From Bacteroidales bacterium (GTDB lineage Bacteria; Bacteroidota; Bacteroidia; Bacteroidales; WCHB1-69), in the NCBI GenBank assembly GCA_017617445.1, contig JAFZWE010000006.1, positions 2,246 to 66,245 of the forward strand: a stretch of DNA of 64,000 nt, given 5' to 3'. The position numbers and the translations under genes were made by a program. Position 1 is the first letter of the stretch. Every line of letters begins with the position of its first letter. Shown here one piece after another: positions 47,691 through 57,575 of this stretch. The notes under the pieces were generated by a model. The model saw nothing but the letters and a program-made list of their open reading frames with translations. It made no database searches and was not told the origin of the DNA.

Positions 47691-49736
47691 CTATTTTTTA
47701 ATGATTTTTCTCAATGATGCATTCCCGTCAGACATGATATTCAGGTAATAGATACCCGCAGGGAGGCGGGAAAGATCCAATCGCTCACAAGTGTCATTCA
47801 CTAATTTTTCCATAACCACCCTGCCATTTTGATCATACAGGATCACATTATCCATTCTTTCAATACATTGTATTTCAACAATATCAGATGTAGGATTCGG
47901 ATAAATGCTCACCCTGTCTCCAGCGTGCTCTCCCATGCCGAGATCCGACATTCTCCCTTCAAACTCCAGGTCAAAACCGGAGGCGTTGTTTGTCGCATCC
48001 GTTTCAAAAACGAGATACAGTCGTCTTTTCTCAAAACAGACGGTCGTGTCGGGGAGGGTTCCCGTGTAAGCGGCCAGCTGAGTGCCGCTGCCCATACCAT
48101 CCAACACATAGAGGAAATCATGTCCCTCCTCCAAGTCAAAATGAGTGAAGTGCAAAGCAATGTACGGTCGGTTGATGAAAAGATAGTAGCAGCAATAAGT
48201 CAACGAGTTATAGTCATCCTCGCCACTTCCATCGGAGATGGTGCCGGTGGCATGGTTAAAACGCTGATAATCCAAGCAATATTCCGGCTGCATGGCATTA
48301 AAGCTGCCCCGCAATCCCTGTTGTTCCGTGGAAGAAGAGGTAAGGTAATGGACCATCACCTCCCCGCACTCCCAATTGATATTCAATATACCGGTGTCAC
48401 CGGTCACTGTTTGCGGCGAGATGGCGGGATTATCACAGCTAATCCACAGAGAATCACCATCGGGCAGGACATAATTCAGATCCAGACGGATGGAGAGCAG
48501 GTTTTGCACATCGGGCCGGATGGTCCATACCACATCCATGCCGGCGGGGGTAGCGCGGGGCGTCCCGCCACAGAAAGAGCCTTCTGCACAGGTAAATAAA
48601 ACACTGTCAGTCAGAGGCTGAACCGCAGGCTGCGGATAATTCACCGTATCCGGAACCGCATGGATGATCAGTTCCTGAGCTAAATTGAAATGGCCTCCTC
48701 CCGCATTCAGTGCATCCGTATAAAAATAGCCATCACTACTCCCATCCCAACCAAAATTAAAATGGTAATAGTAGCTGCTGTCCCGCCACTGATAGCCATC
48801 GCAGATGAAACCATGTCCATTGATGTTGGGGACACTCCAGCCGGCATAATACAGCGGGATCTCCTGTTCCAAGTGCGTAACAATCAGGCTATCCCAATCC
48901 AGCTGGGTGCTGTCGCGGAACACATACTGTGTTTCAGGGGAGAACTTGAAATAGGTTTTCAGCACATGCGCTGCACTGTGGTTGTACATTCCCGAACCGT
49001 TGGGCCCATACACCATATCCACCCCCACACCGCAATGGTGCATCAAACGGGCGATAGCCGGATTGACGACTGTGGGACGGTCGCACATCTCCTCATAGTG
49101 ATAAGTGGTATGTTCATAATCCGCAGACTGCACGCCGTAAGTGGAATCCGTATAAGCGTAGGAGCCGATGCCTGTTTCAGGGAAACGGAAATAATAGATC
49201 AGCTGTGCCATTGCAGTGGCCACACAACCGGTGACCACGCGCCCGCCAGGCCCGTTCAAGTCCCTGGGACATTCGTAATTATAGTTTTTACCCTGTCCCC
49301 AGCGGGAGGCAACGAGCGGAGCCACCACAATGCCATCGCGGGAAACCGGTGCTTTTTGCTGCCAGACAGCACGTTCCCCTCTCTGCTTGAATTCAGCGAT
49401 TTGGCTCGCATAGTGGTCCAGCCACATCTGGGCAGCAGGAGAGATCTGCGCCATATCCAACGGCGCTTCCTCCGAGAAGGCCAGCACCGACGGTGCGCGA
49501 CGGTCACCAGCCACGACAACGTAGCCGTCAGTGGCATTGAAAACATAAAACAGGGTGTCTTGCGCTTCTTTCTTCACATAAGCACAACGGGAAAGGCTCT
49601 TCCCCTGGGAGGTGAAAAAAGCGTCTGCTATCGCGGAAGCCTCCTCCACAGAAACACTCTGCGCACACAAACTCCATACCGAAAAAAGTGGAATCCAAAG
49701 GGATATTCCCCATTTGATATTATTTATCTTTTTCAT
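47691..49736 (-). CDS. C10 family (streptopain-like) cysteine peptidase with CUB domain(s) and T9SS C-terminal domain
   Basis: WGQG..YN, TGCVATAMAQ, GHGFICDGY, HFNFGWDG; CUB FTHFDLEEGHDFL; CTD IYPNPT...GIYY...KIIKK. Confidence 0.92.
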   Translation of the reverse strand: MKKINNIKWGISLWIPLFSVWSLCAQSVSVEEASAIADAFFTSQGKSLSRCAYVKKEAQDTLFYVFNATDGYVVVAGDRRAPSVLAFSEEAPLDMAQISPAAQMWLDHYASQIAEFKQRGERAVWQQKAPVSRDGIVVAPLVASRWGQGKNYNYECPRDLNGPGGRVVTGCVATAMAQLIYYFRFPETGIGSYAYTDSTYGVQSADYEHTTYHYEEMCDRPTVVNPAIARLMHHCGVGVDMVYGPNGSGMYNHSAAHVLKTYFKFSPETQYVFRDSTQLDWDSLIVTHLEQEIPLYYAGWSVPNINGHGFICDGYQWRDSSYYYHFNFGWDGSSDGYFYTDALNAGGGHFNLAQELIIHAVPDTVNYPQPAVQPLTDSVLFTCAEGSFCGGTPRATPAGMDVVWTIRPDVQNLLSIRLDLNYVLPDGDSLWISCDNPAISPQTVTGDTGILNINWECGEVMVHYLTSSSTEQQGLRGSFNAMQPEYCLDYQRFNHATGTISDGSGEDDYNSLTYCCYYLFINRPYIALHFTHFDLEEGHDFLYVLDGMGSGTQLAAYTGTLPDTTVCFEKRRLYLVFETDATNNASGFDLEFEGRMSDLGMGEHAGDRVSIYPNPTSDIVEIQCIERMDNVILYDQNGRVVMEKLVNDTCERLDLSRLPAGIYYLNIMSDGNASLRKIIKK

Positions 49737-49779
49737 TACCAATTATTTAATTTAAAAAATAACTTTAAAACTCCCGTTG

Positions 49780-49807
49780 CAAATTTAGTGCTAAATTCGT
49801 ATGTTTG
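49780..49807. promoter_or_regulatory. Overlapping divergent -7 boxes (C10 peptidase / pyrE)
   Basis: TAAATTTG on minus 49780-49787 and TATGTTTG on plus 49800-49807. Confidence 0.55.
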
Positions 49808-49830
49808 CAACGTTTTTGAAAAAAGCGACA

Positions 49831-50466
49831 ATGAAAAATATTGCAACACAACTTTTAAAAATCGGGGCGGTATTTCTCCGTCCGGAACAGCCGTTCACGT
49901 GGGCAAGCGGCATCAAAAGCCCCATTTATTGCGACAACCGACTGATTCTCTCTTCGCCGGAAGCACGAGAGATTGTGGAAAAATCTTTAGCAGAGAGTGT
50001 CACCTCGCATTTTCCGGAATGCGAGATGCTGATGGGCACCTCCACTGCGGGCATTGCCCATGCCGCTATCACTGCCACCCAGCTGGGGCTCCCGATGGGA
50101 TATGTACGCTCCTCAGCGAAAGACCATGGCCGCACCAACCGCATTGAAGGCAGGATGGATGCCGGCACTAAAGTGGTGGTCATTGAGGACCTGATTTCCA
50201 CCGGCGGCAGCTGCCTGGAAGTGGTGGACGCGTTGCGTGAAGCCAACGGCGAGGTGCTGGGTGTTGTCAGCATTTTCACCTACGGCATGGCCGCAGCCAC
50301 ACAGAAATTTGAAAATACCCACACCGTCAACTTCTCACTCACCCACCTGGATGAATTAGTGGAAGTAGCTGTCAATGAGAATTATATTACAGAAAAACAA
50401 AGAATGGCCATTCTGCATTTCCGCGACAACCCCGCCGATGAAAGCTGGCTGGACATGTTAAAATAA
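49831..50466 (+). CDS. pyrE: Orotate phosphoribosyltransferase
   Basis: [36 protein letters not shown]. Confidence 0.96.
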   Translation: MKNIATQLLKIGAVFLRPEQPFTWASGIKSPIYCDNRLILSSPEAREIVEKSLAESVTSHFPECEMLMGTSTAGIAHAAITATQLGLPMGYVRSSAKDHGRTNRIEGRMDAGTKVVVIEDLISTGGSCLEVVDALREANGEVLGVVSIFTYGMAAATQKFENTHTVNFSLTHLDELVEVAVNENYITEKQRMAILHFRDNPADESWLDMLK

Positions 50467-50476
50467 AAATGAACGT

Positions 50477-50920
50477 ATGGGAACCCTCACCTGCAAAATC
50501 ATCAACAAATCTTCCAACCCGCTGCCTGAATATGCCACTGCATTTTCCGCCGGCATGGACTTGCGCGCCGACCTCCCCTCCCCCATCGTACTGCAACCGA
50601 TGCAAAGAGAACTCATTCCCACCGGCCTCTATATTGAACTTCCTGCCGGCTATGAAGCCCAAATCAGACCCCGCAGCGGACTGGCCAGCAAACATGGCAT
50701 CAGCATCCCCAACACCCCCGGCACCATTGACGCAGACTACCGTGGAGAAATCAAAGTACTGATTATCAATCTGTCCACAGAGCCTTTTACCATTAATTCC
50801 GGTGACCGCATCGCCCAAATGATTGTTAGCCGGCATGAAACCGTGGTATGGGAAGCCGCCGACCATCTGGAAGAGAGCGACCGTGGTGGCGGTGGTTTCG
50901 GCAGCACCGGACGACAATAA
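50477..50920 (+). CDS. dut: dUTP diphosphatase
   Basis: [37 protein letters not shown]. Confidence 0.97.
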   Translation: MGTLTCKIINKSSNPLPEYATAFSAGMDLRADLPSPIVLQPMQRELIPTGLYIELPAGYEAQIRPRSGLASKHGISIPNTPGTIDADYRGEIKVLIINLSTEPFTINSGDRIAQMIVSRHETVVWEAADHLEESDRGGGGFGSTGRQ

Positions 50921-50937
50921 CCCCCAACAAAAAGCGC

Positions 50938-51483
50938 ATGAAGAAACTCTCAATGGACGAGCTGAACCGTGTCAGCACGGAAGAATTCAAACAGCAGGAA
51001 AAACTTCCGCTGGTGGTCGTGCTGGACAATGTGCGCAGCATGTACAACGTAGGCTCCCTCTTCCGCACCTGCGATGCCTTTTCCGTGGAGCGACTGCTGC
51101 TTTGCGGCATTACAGCGTGTCCCCCTCACAAAGAGATCTCCAAAACAGCACTGGGAGCTACCGAATCCGTTGACTGGGAACACTTTCCCACCACAAAAGA
51201 CGCATTAATCAATTTAAAATCAAAAGGATATACCATATTAGCTGTAGAGCAGGTGGACACTTCCACTCCACTTCACACTTTTGTGCCCGCGGAAGGCAGC
51301 AAGGTGGCTGTCGTACTGGGCAACGAAGTGTTTGGCGTGGATGATGATGTGCTCCCCCTCTGCGACGGTGCCCTGGAAATCCCGCAAAACGGAACCAAAC
51401 ACTCGCTCAATGTCTCCATCGCTGGCGGCATTGTCATTTGGGAAATCTTTAAAAATTATTTTTGCACAAAAAAACAAGCATGA
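50938..51483 (+). CDS. TrmH/SpoU family RNA methyltransferase
   Basis: LDNVRSMYNVGSLFRT.D, GNEVFGV, SLNVS. Confidence 0.92.
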   Translation: MKKLSMDELNRVSTEEFKQQEKLPLVVVLDNVRSMYNVGSLFRTCDAFSVERLLLCGITACPPHKEISKTALGATESVDWEHFPTTKDALINLKSKGYTILAVEQVDTSTPLHTFVPAEGSKVAVVLGNEVFGVDDDVLPLCDGALEIPQNGTKHSLNVSIAGGIVIWEIFKNYFCTKKQA

Positions 51484-52976
51484 AAACGCAACTGTTCACC
51501 CCTGAAGACATTGAATTTCTGAAAAAAAGAGGCAACTCCCCCGAAGAGGTGGAGCACCAGTTCCATTTTTTCACCACCGGTTTCCCGTTTGCGAATCTGC
51601 AACGCGCTGCCACCGTTGGTGACGGCATCGTGCGGCTGGACGATACAGCACGCGAAACTCTCATCCAGCAATACGATAACCTGACCGCCGGGAAAAAACT
51701 GCTCAAGTTCGTGCCCGCTTCCGGAGCAGCCTCCCGCATGTTCAAAGAGGCATTCTCCTTTCTGGAAGAACCCGCAGAACAGATTCCCGACAAGGCCAAA
51801 GAACTGATTCACAGTCTGCCCAACTACGCGCTCTATGATGACCTCAAAAAAGCCATGTTGCAGGACCACCTTTCATTGGATACAGAAATAGAAAATGACA
51901 ATTACAAGCTCATCCTCTCTTATTTACTGACAGACAAAGGATTAAACTATGGAGCAAAACCCAAGGCTGTGCTTCAATTCCACCGTTACGAAGACGGCTG
52001 CCGCACCGCATTGGAAGAGCATCTTGTAGAGGCCGCCAATTACAGTAAGGAAGCGGACGGCACCTGCCGGATTCATTTCACCGTATCGCCCCAACACCTG
52101 CCTTTATTCAAGCAACTACTTGAAAATGTGCAAGAAAAATATGAGAAAAAACTAAATATGAAATATCGGGTGGAATTCTCTACCCAAGCGCCCTCCACCG
52201 ATACTTTGGCAGCCACGGAAGACAACCGTCCTTTCCGTGACCATCAGGGGCAATTGCTGTTCCGTCCCGGAGGCCATGGCGCCCTTATTCGCAACATCAA
52301 CGATTTGGAAGCCGATGTGATTTTTGTTAAAAACATTGACAATGTGTTCAGTGAGGAAAATTTAGGTGACACCATCACCTACAAAAAGATGCTGGCAGCG
52401 CAGTTATTGAGCCTGCAGGAAAAGCTATTTGCCGCCCTGGACACACTCAAAGCGGGCAGTTGCAGCGCAGAAAAGCTGAGTGAAATCCGAAAGTTCGCAG
52501 AAGAGGAACTCATGATATCCTTGAATGAGTATGGGATTACCGAAGAGATGCTTATCCAAAAATTAGACAGACCTTTGCGAGTATGTGGAATGGTGAAAAA
52601 CGAAGGCGAGCCGGGCGGAGGCCCCTACTGGGTGAAAGATTCACGCGGAGTGACCTCCCTGCAAATTGTTGAATCCTCGCAAATCAACCAGCAAAATGCA
52701 GAGCAAAAAAGCATTATGCAAAACTCCACCCATTTCAACCCCGTGGATATGGTGTGCAGTTTCCGCCGTCACAATGGGGGCAAATTCTTCCTGCCCGACT
52801 ATGTGGATGACGAAACCGGCTTCATCTCCTCCAAATCTTACGAAGGCCGCCCATTGAAAGCCATGGAACTGCCTGGGCTCTGGAACGGAGCGATGGCCCG
52901 ATGGATCACCGTGTTCATGGAGGTGCCCCTCACCACTTTCCACCCTGTGAAAACCATCCGGGACCTGCAAAGATAA
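51480..52976 (+). CDS. DUF4301-family protein
   Basis: KFVPASGAASRMFK, FRPGGHGAL, KNIDN, GEPGGGP, THFNPVD, ELPGLWNGAMA. Confidence 0.88.
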   Translation: MKTQLFTPEDIEFLKKRGNSPEEVEHQFHFFTTGFPFANLQRAATVGDGIVRLDDTARETLIQQYDNLTAGKKLLKFVPASGAASRMFKEAFSFLEEPAEQIPDKAKELIHSLPNYALYDDLKKAMLQDHLSLDTEIENDNYKLILSYLLTDKGLNYGAKPKAVLQFHRYEDGCRTALEEHLVEAANYSKEADGTCRIHFTVSPQHLPLFKQLLENVQEKYEKKLNMKYRVEFSTQAPSTDTLAATEDNRPFRDHQGQLLFRPGGHGALIRNINDLEADVIFVKNIDNVFSEENLGDTITYKKMLAAQLLSLQEKLFAALDTLKAGSCSAEKLSEIRKFAEEELMISLNEYGITEEMLIQKLDRPLRVCGMVKNEGEPGGGPYWVKDSRGVTSLQIVESSQINQQNAEQKSIMQNSTHFNPVDMVCSFRRHNGGKFFLPDYVDDETGFISSKSYEGRPLKAMELPGLWNGAMARWITVFMEVPLTTFHPVKTIRDLQR

Positions 52977-52980
52977 AGAT

Positions 52981-53694
52981 TCAGGACAGGATACGTGACA
53001 AGATTTCCACCGATTCTATGCGGTGGATTTGTTCGTTGTGCGCCTCAAAATAGCGGATCAATCCTTCCAGCAGTTCGGAACGCACCTGCTTCACCGGCAG
53101 CGGGGAAACCTGCTCCCCACGCATCAATTGGCAAAGGTATTGGGAAGCCTCCTCCGCCAGAAATGTCGGATAGTCAAAATATTCATGCACAAAACACGAC
53201 TCATCCACAGAGAAGAAACGCCGCATCTCCGAGTAATTATCCACGGGAGCAAAACCCATGATTTTTGACAAATCCACCAAAAAATGAAGGTGCACATCCG
53301 TCAGAACCGTATCCGGAGCATCCAGTTGCAGCAATGAACTCTCCACAAAATCATACAGCTGAGCATCTGCCTGATATTCCCTTAATATTTTATAAATCAT
53401 TTCATTATAAAAGATTGACAACGCTCTCCTCACCATGTCAAACGGCAACAGCTGATAGGAATAGTGAAGGGATATGTCATGCAAATATTTCACATCGCGG
53501 CCATTGTCATCAAAAGTCAGATCCACGATGGAGAGATTTTCCAGCAGAGCCAAAGTGCTACGCTTACATTTGGCATACGCTCCTTTAACTATGAAACTCT
53601 GCATGCCGGAGGAGCGGGTAAAAACGTTGGCAATGATGCTGGTTTCAGAATACTTGGTTTTATGAAGAACGATACCACGTGTGGAGATGTGCAT
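52981..53694 (-). CDS. recO: DNA repair protein RecO
   Basis: TRGIVL...YSETS.IA..FT...G..SFIVKG N-terminal OB fold; Bacteroidota-type C-terminus (MGFAP...SVEIL). Confidence 0.88.
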   Translation of the reverse strand: MHISTRGIVLHKTKYSETSIIANVFTRSSGMQSFIVKGAYAKCKRSTLALLENLSIVDLTFDDNGRDVKYLHDISLHYSYQLLPFDMVRRALSIFYNEMIYKILREYQADAQLYDFVESSLLQLDAPDTVLTDVHLHFLVDLSKIMGFAPVDNYSEMRRFFSVDESCFVHEYFDYPTFLAEEASQYLCQLMRGEQVSPLPVKQVRSELLEGLIRYFEAHNEQIHRIESVEILSRILS

Positions 53695-53699
53695 GGCAA

Positions 53700-54140
53700 T
53701 TACTGGTTGATGGAGATCGAATAGGAGTATGAAGTCTGGCGTTTGGGAGTTCTTTTGGGAGTGGTGCGGGCGGGAGTCAACGTAAACTGTATGGTTGGGG
53801 CAAGCGGCTGGGGGGCCAGTTTGAAATGAATATGCAGTTTGCAATTGGATTTGAGGCGGTAACCCCGGTTATGCGCCTTGCCATATTTCAGCATACGCAC
53901 CAGACGCACAGCTTCGTCATTGCAGGAGGGGCTCAAGCCCTTTATCACCGCGACATTTTCCACCTCACCCTCATCGTTCACCTGGTAGGCTACAGTAACC
54001 ACACCTTCCAGATGCTGTTTCATGGCATCTTCAGGATACTGCAGATGAACTTTGATAAACTCATCCAAGGCCTTGCGCCCCCCGGGATATTGGGGTTGTT
54101 CCAAAAACTTTTTACTTCTTTTCGACTTTTTCTCTTCCAT
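53700..54140 (-). CDS. TonB C-terminal domain protein
   Basis: PQYPGG..AL..FI...LQYPE.A....EG.V.V...V...G.V......GL...CNDEA.RLV. Confidence 0.82.
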   Translation of the reverse strand: MEEKKSKRSKKFLEQPQYPGGRKALDEFIKVHLQYPEDAMKQHLEGVVTVAYQVNDEGEVENVAVIKGLSPSCNDEAVRLVRMLKYGKAHNRGYRLKSNCKLHIHFKLAPQPLAPTIQFTLTPARTTPKRTPKRQTSYSYSISINQ

Positions 54141-54175
54141 AAGATGCCTTAACTGGACAGGACAGGATTAAAACA

Positions 54176-54203
54176 AAAAGGCGCCAAAAGTGATTTTGGC
54201 GCC
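54176..54203 (-). terminator. Intrinsic terminator after the four-helix-bundle gene
   Basis: ggcgccaaaa-gtga-ttttggcgcc preceded by an A-run. Confidence 0.7.
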
Positions 54204-54223
54204 ATAAGATGCAAAATTCTGCA

Positions 54224-54655
54224 TTAAATCATCATATTGGGCATCTCATCCTCCACTTCATCCTCAACGCGAGGAGTGGTTTTTTGGAGGGAGGAGACCA
54301 GGGATCCGATCATCTTGGTCAGCTCCATGAGCTGGTTTCTTGAATATTCGCGATCCTCATCATTCATCGCGCCCTGCTTGGAGGCGATTTCTGTATAGAC
54401 AACACATTCTCTCACAGAACTTTTAGCCATTTTCAAATAATAGATGAACTGGGCTTTGTTACGGGCAGATCCCTCAGAGATGTTCAAAGCAATCGCCTGG
54501 GCAGATTTCACAAAAGCCTCTGCAACAGTGCAGCGACAGTTTTCCGGGAAATTAGGAGTGACGGAATGCACCCAGTTGATATAATCGAGTGCTTTAGCAT
54601 AGATGCGCAAGTCTTCAAATCTGAAGAAACTCACATTGTTTTCTTGTTCGTTCAT
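54224..54655 (-). CDS. Four-helix bundle protein (23S rRNA IVP family)
   Basis: FRFEDLRIY.KA, FP, SA..IALNISEGSAR, F.YYL.MAK.S..EC; -7 box at 54688-54695. Confidence 0.88.
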   Translation of the reverse strand: MNEQENNVSFFRFEDLRIYAKALDYINWVHSVTPNFPENCRCTVAEAFVKSAQAIALNISEGSARNKAQFIYYLKMAKSSVRECVVYTEIASKQGAMNDEDREYSRNQLMELTKMIGSLVSSLQKTTPRVEDEVEDEMPNMMI

Positions 54656-54789
54656 AATGGTTTTTGGTTTTAATTAGAAAAACGGCGCAAAAATATGATT
54701 TTTTTTGATATAAGGCACCTGTTTTTATTTTTTTTTAACTATGAGTGCATTTTTTTACCTCATTTGCTCTTTTTCACAAAAAAAATGCA

Positions 54790-56907
54790 TTATTTGCGAA
54801 GAAATTTGCATGTTACCGTTTCTCCACGGTCTCCTGACAACTGCAAAAGATAGAGTCCCGGTCGCAACTGACTGATTGATAAACAAGAATCAATCCTGTT
54901 ACCTTCCATCACCACCCGACCGAGCATATCGAGCACCCTGTACGAACGATACCCGTTACCCTGTTCCGGAAGCACGAGATGCAACACATCCGTGGCGGGA
55001 TTCGGGAACACTGAAAAGCCTTCCGAGACCTGCTCTTCCACACTGGAGTGGTCAATCGGCTTGCCGACAACCGCACGCACCATCGGGGTGCCTTTCAGGA
55101 AGGAGGTTTGCCAAAGGGTAGAGGTCTTATACAACCACTTGCCATGAGAATCCGTATTCTGATCAAAACCAAGATTCAATTGCACCGTATGGTTCTGGAA
55201 GAAGCCCACATAGAATGACCCTGTCACTTCCACTGCCTCATCGTCAAGATAGTAATTTACAAAATCCTCATATTGGTTTCCGTGTTTGGCCAGGCAGTTC
55301 TCATTTTCGTACAGCACATCCCCGGGTTCTCCGTCACGATCACTCCACACCATCAGGGTAAAAGGAGCGAGGTTGGCATCCTCCTGCACGGAATTGAACC
55401 ACATTTGCACTGCACGCAAGGTGTCGGGGCGGTTGACCGTGAATTTCATGGCGAAATAGGCTTCGGGGTATGTCAAGGGAGAGAGAAGTGAGTAGCCTGC
55501 TTCCGCACTTCCGTCATCATACGCGAAATAATTGGAGAACCGCTGGACATGCACACAGGTGTCATTGCAACGGCGCTGGTCGCTGGAGCCCACCTCCTGA
55601 AAGATATGGGTGACCGTAATGATGGCACTGTCAGCGGCATCCATCCCCAGAGTAGTGACATTGAACGGAGGATGGGTATGGACCGGATCATCATGCAGCC
55701 CGTGATTATAGTAGGGTTCCGCATTTGAATTGTTGGGAGTATAGCTGCCCAACACGGTGTTGTTCTTTTTCACCGTATAGGTATAGTCGCTGTTCTTGAT
55801 GCTGGAAGACAAGTTGGAGAGCACATTGTCAAAGGCATCAATCAGTTCACTATCCTCATACTGCGACCATGGCATAGCCGAATAGTTCTTCAAAATGGAT
55901 GTCGTCGGCATAACAAAAGCCAAGTCACTGGGATAAAGATCATTGGCATTACGATTCACATCCAGGCGCACATAATCAATGTGCCATTGGTCCACATTGC
56001 TGGCCCAGCCCACAATATGGTTATCCTCCAAACTGGCAAGATTCCTAAAGCGGAACTGGAAATTGTTAATCAGCCACCGATCATCCGTGATGGGGATCAT
56101 CACCTGTTTGAAGTAGTTGAGCGGATTCTCCTCCAGCCAGTCGTCAAGCAGTTCTCCCGGGGTGCTCCACACATGCTCCCAGACAGTTTCTTCCCCCATG
56201 ATGGAGTCGCAGGGGAGGCTGATGACATCACCGGGGAACACTGGGGAGTCAAAGATGTAGTAGCTGTTCGCCATGTAGGGGTTGACGAGAGTGTCGCCGG
56301 CCACATGGGCGTCCCCTTCCGGAATCACATAATCGCAGTACTCGTAGCCCACAAAAATGATATTGCCGGTAGCATAGCCAAATTCAAGAACCAGGGAGTC
56401 GCGAGATTCGGGACGATTGCCGACTCGTTCCCATTCCAGACCGCTGAGGGACCCGCCGGCGGGCTGGTAATAGAAGCTGAGATAGAGCGAGTCGCTCACA
56501 CGCATGGCGCGATTGAGGGTGAAGTTATAGTCCAGGCGGATGGGGAGTGAGGTCAGGGCGTCAGCGCGGAAGCCCTGGGCATCGGCGTTAACGTAAACTT
56601 TTCCGTGTTCGTCAAGGGCGTCAAGGGTGGCCACGCCGAGGGTGGGCGGACGGAGAGCGAAAGTGCGGTTGATATATGCATAATTATCCTGCCAAAGGGA
56701 AGCAGCCGGATAGCCGCTATAGTTGGAGAAATCGTCCACAAAGGGAAGGTGCAGGGCAGCACGGCTGCGGGCGGGTTGCGGGCGGGAGGCCTCTCGGGCC
56801 ACATACCGGTTCTCCACCACACCAGTAAGCACCTCCTGTGCACACAGACTTGTTAGTACACACAGAAACACAAGAATCAAAGAGAGTTTTCGAACAAATG
56901 GGTTCAT
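54790..56907 (-). CDS. T9SS type A sorting-domain protein
   Basis: Signal peptide; LPFVDDFS, GVATLDALD, FAYDDGSAEAGY; CTD VFPNPA...GLYLL...KFLRK. Confidence 0.85.
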   Translation of the reverse strand: MNPFVRKLSLILVFLCVLTSLCAQEVLTGVVENRYVAREASRPQPARSRAALHLPFVDDFSNYSGYPAASLWQDNYAYINRTFALRPPTLGVATLDALDEHGKVYVNADAQGFRADALTSLPIRLDYNFTLNRAMRVSDSLYLSFYYQPAGGSLSGLEWERVGNRPESRDSLVLEFGYATGNIIFVGYEYCDYVIPEGDAHVAGDTLVNPYMANSYYIFDSPVFPGDVISLPCDSIMGEETVWEHVWSTPGELLDDWLEENPLNYFKQVMIPITDDRWLINNFQFRFRNLASLEDNHIVGWASNVDQWHIDYVRLDVNRNANDLYPSDLAFVMPTTSILKNYSAMPWSQYEDSELIDAFDNVLSNLSSSIKNSDYTYTVKKNNTVLGSYTPNNSNAEPYYNHGLHDDPVHTHPPFNVTTLGMDAADSAIITVTHIFQEVGSSDQRRCNDTCVHVQRFSNYFAYDDGSAEAGYSLLSPLTYPEAYFAMKFTVNRPDTLRAVQMWFNSVQEDANLAPFTLMVWSDRDGEPGDVLYENENCLAKHGNQYEDFVNYYLDDEAVEVTGSFYVGFFQNHTVQLNLGFDQNTDSHGKWLYKTSTLWQTSFLKGTPMVRAVVGKPIDHSSVEEQVSEGFSVFPNPATDVLHLVLPEQGNGYRSYRVLDMLGRVVMEGNRIDSCLSISQLRPGLYLLQLSGDRGETVTCKFLRK

Positions 56908-56939
56908 ACCGATTTATTATTTTATAATTCAAAATAAAA

Positions 56940-57575
56940 TCACAAAGAGATTTCCGTGGGATCCACCTCCACATCTTCTTCCAAGTCTCCCCCTTCTCCA
57001 TTATCCGTCGGCGTCCTGGGGGTCACGCCCACCTCCAGCTTGATTTTCTCACCCTGTCTGATTTCAGTACCGGCCTTGATGGGCAACCCCGTAGCCTCTC
57101 GGTACTGACCAATCACCAAGCCGACCTGATGGTCGCTCTCCACCTCCACCACAGTACCAAGCTGCAAACCGGAATCCTCCAGAATGTGTTTGGCATGACG
57201 CAAGGATATATCGCCGGAAAGCTGCGGCATCTTGATCATTTTGGCAACCGCCGTAGTGATGGTAATCTTGACCTTGCGTCCATGTTTTACCATTTCTCCG
57301 GGGCGCGGATCCTGCGCGATAACAGTTCCCTCCGGCTTGCTCTCATCAAAAACAGGCATACCATTCACCTCAAAGACAAAAGGTTGCGAACCAGATGCCA
57401 AAAGCTCAGCAGATGACTTTCCCATGTAGCTGGGCATTTTCACCTCTTTGCCATGATGGGTATAATGGTTGAGCCATACACCCAAAATGAAAAAAAACAA
57501 CAAAGTCAGCAAAATGGCCAAAATGATGTGAAATGGCAATCTCCTTGGACTGAAAAAATCAATAAACGCACTCAT
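56940..57575 (-). CDS. PASTA-domain membrane protein
   Basis: N-terminal TM, YTHHG, two PASTA repeats (GTVIAQDPRPG; GLVIGQ); -7 box at 57621-57628. Confidence 0.88.
   Translation of the reverse strand: MSAFIDFFSPRRLPFHIILAILLTLLFFFILGVWLNHYTHHGKEVKMPSYMGKSSAELLASGSQPFVFEVNGMPVFDESKPEGTVIAQDPRPGEMVKHGRKVKITITTAVAKMIKMPQLSGDISLRHAKHILEDSGLQLGTVVEVESDHQVGLVIGQYREATGLPIKAGTEIRQGEKIKLEVGVTPRTPTDNGEGGDLEEDVEVDPTEISL

Noticed and set aside
48690-50147. 485-aa + strand ORF, and similar long antisense ORFs (26034-27251, 57784-58953, 15841-16857, 3265-4188)
   Set aside because: They overlap well-supported genes on the opposite strand and show typical antisense composition with no domain motifs.
53695-53844. 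N-terminal extension of RecO, and similar extensions in the ORF track (ATPase, sanA, FISUMP, TrmH, PorE-like)
   Set aside because: The extensions overlap upstream genes or promoter boxes; downstream starts give the expected N-termini or signal peptides.
54224-54655. Four-helix bundle gene as a DGR Avd or an rRNA intervening sequence
   Set aside because: No adjacent RT/TR and no rRNA; it has its own promoter and terminator among core genes.
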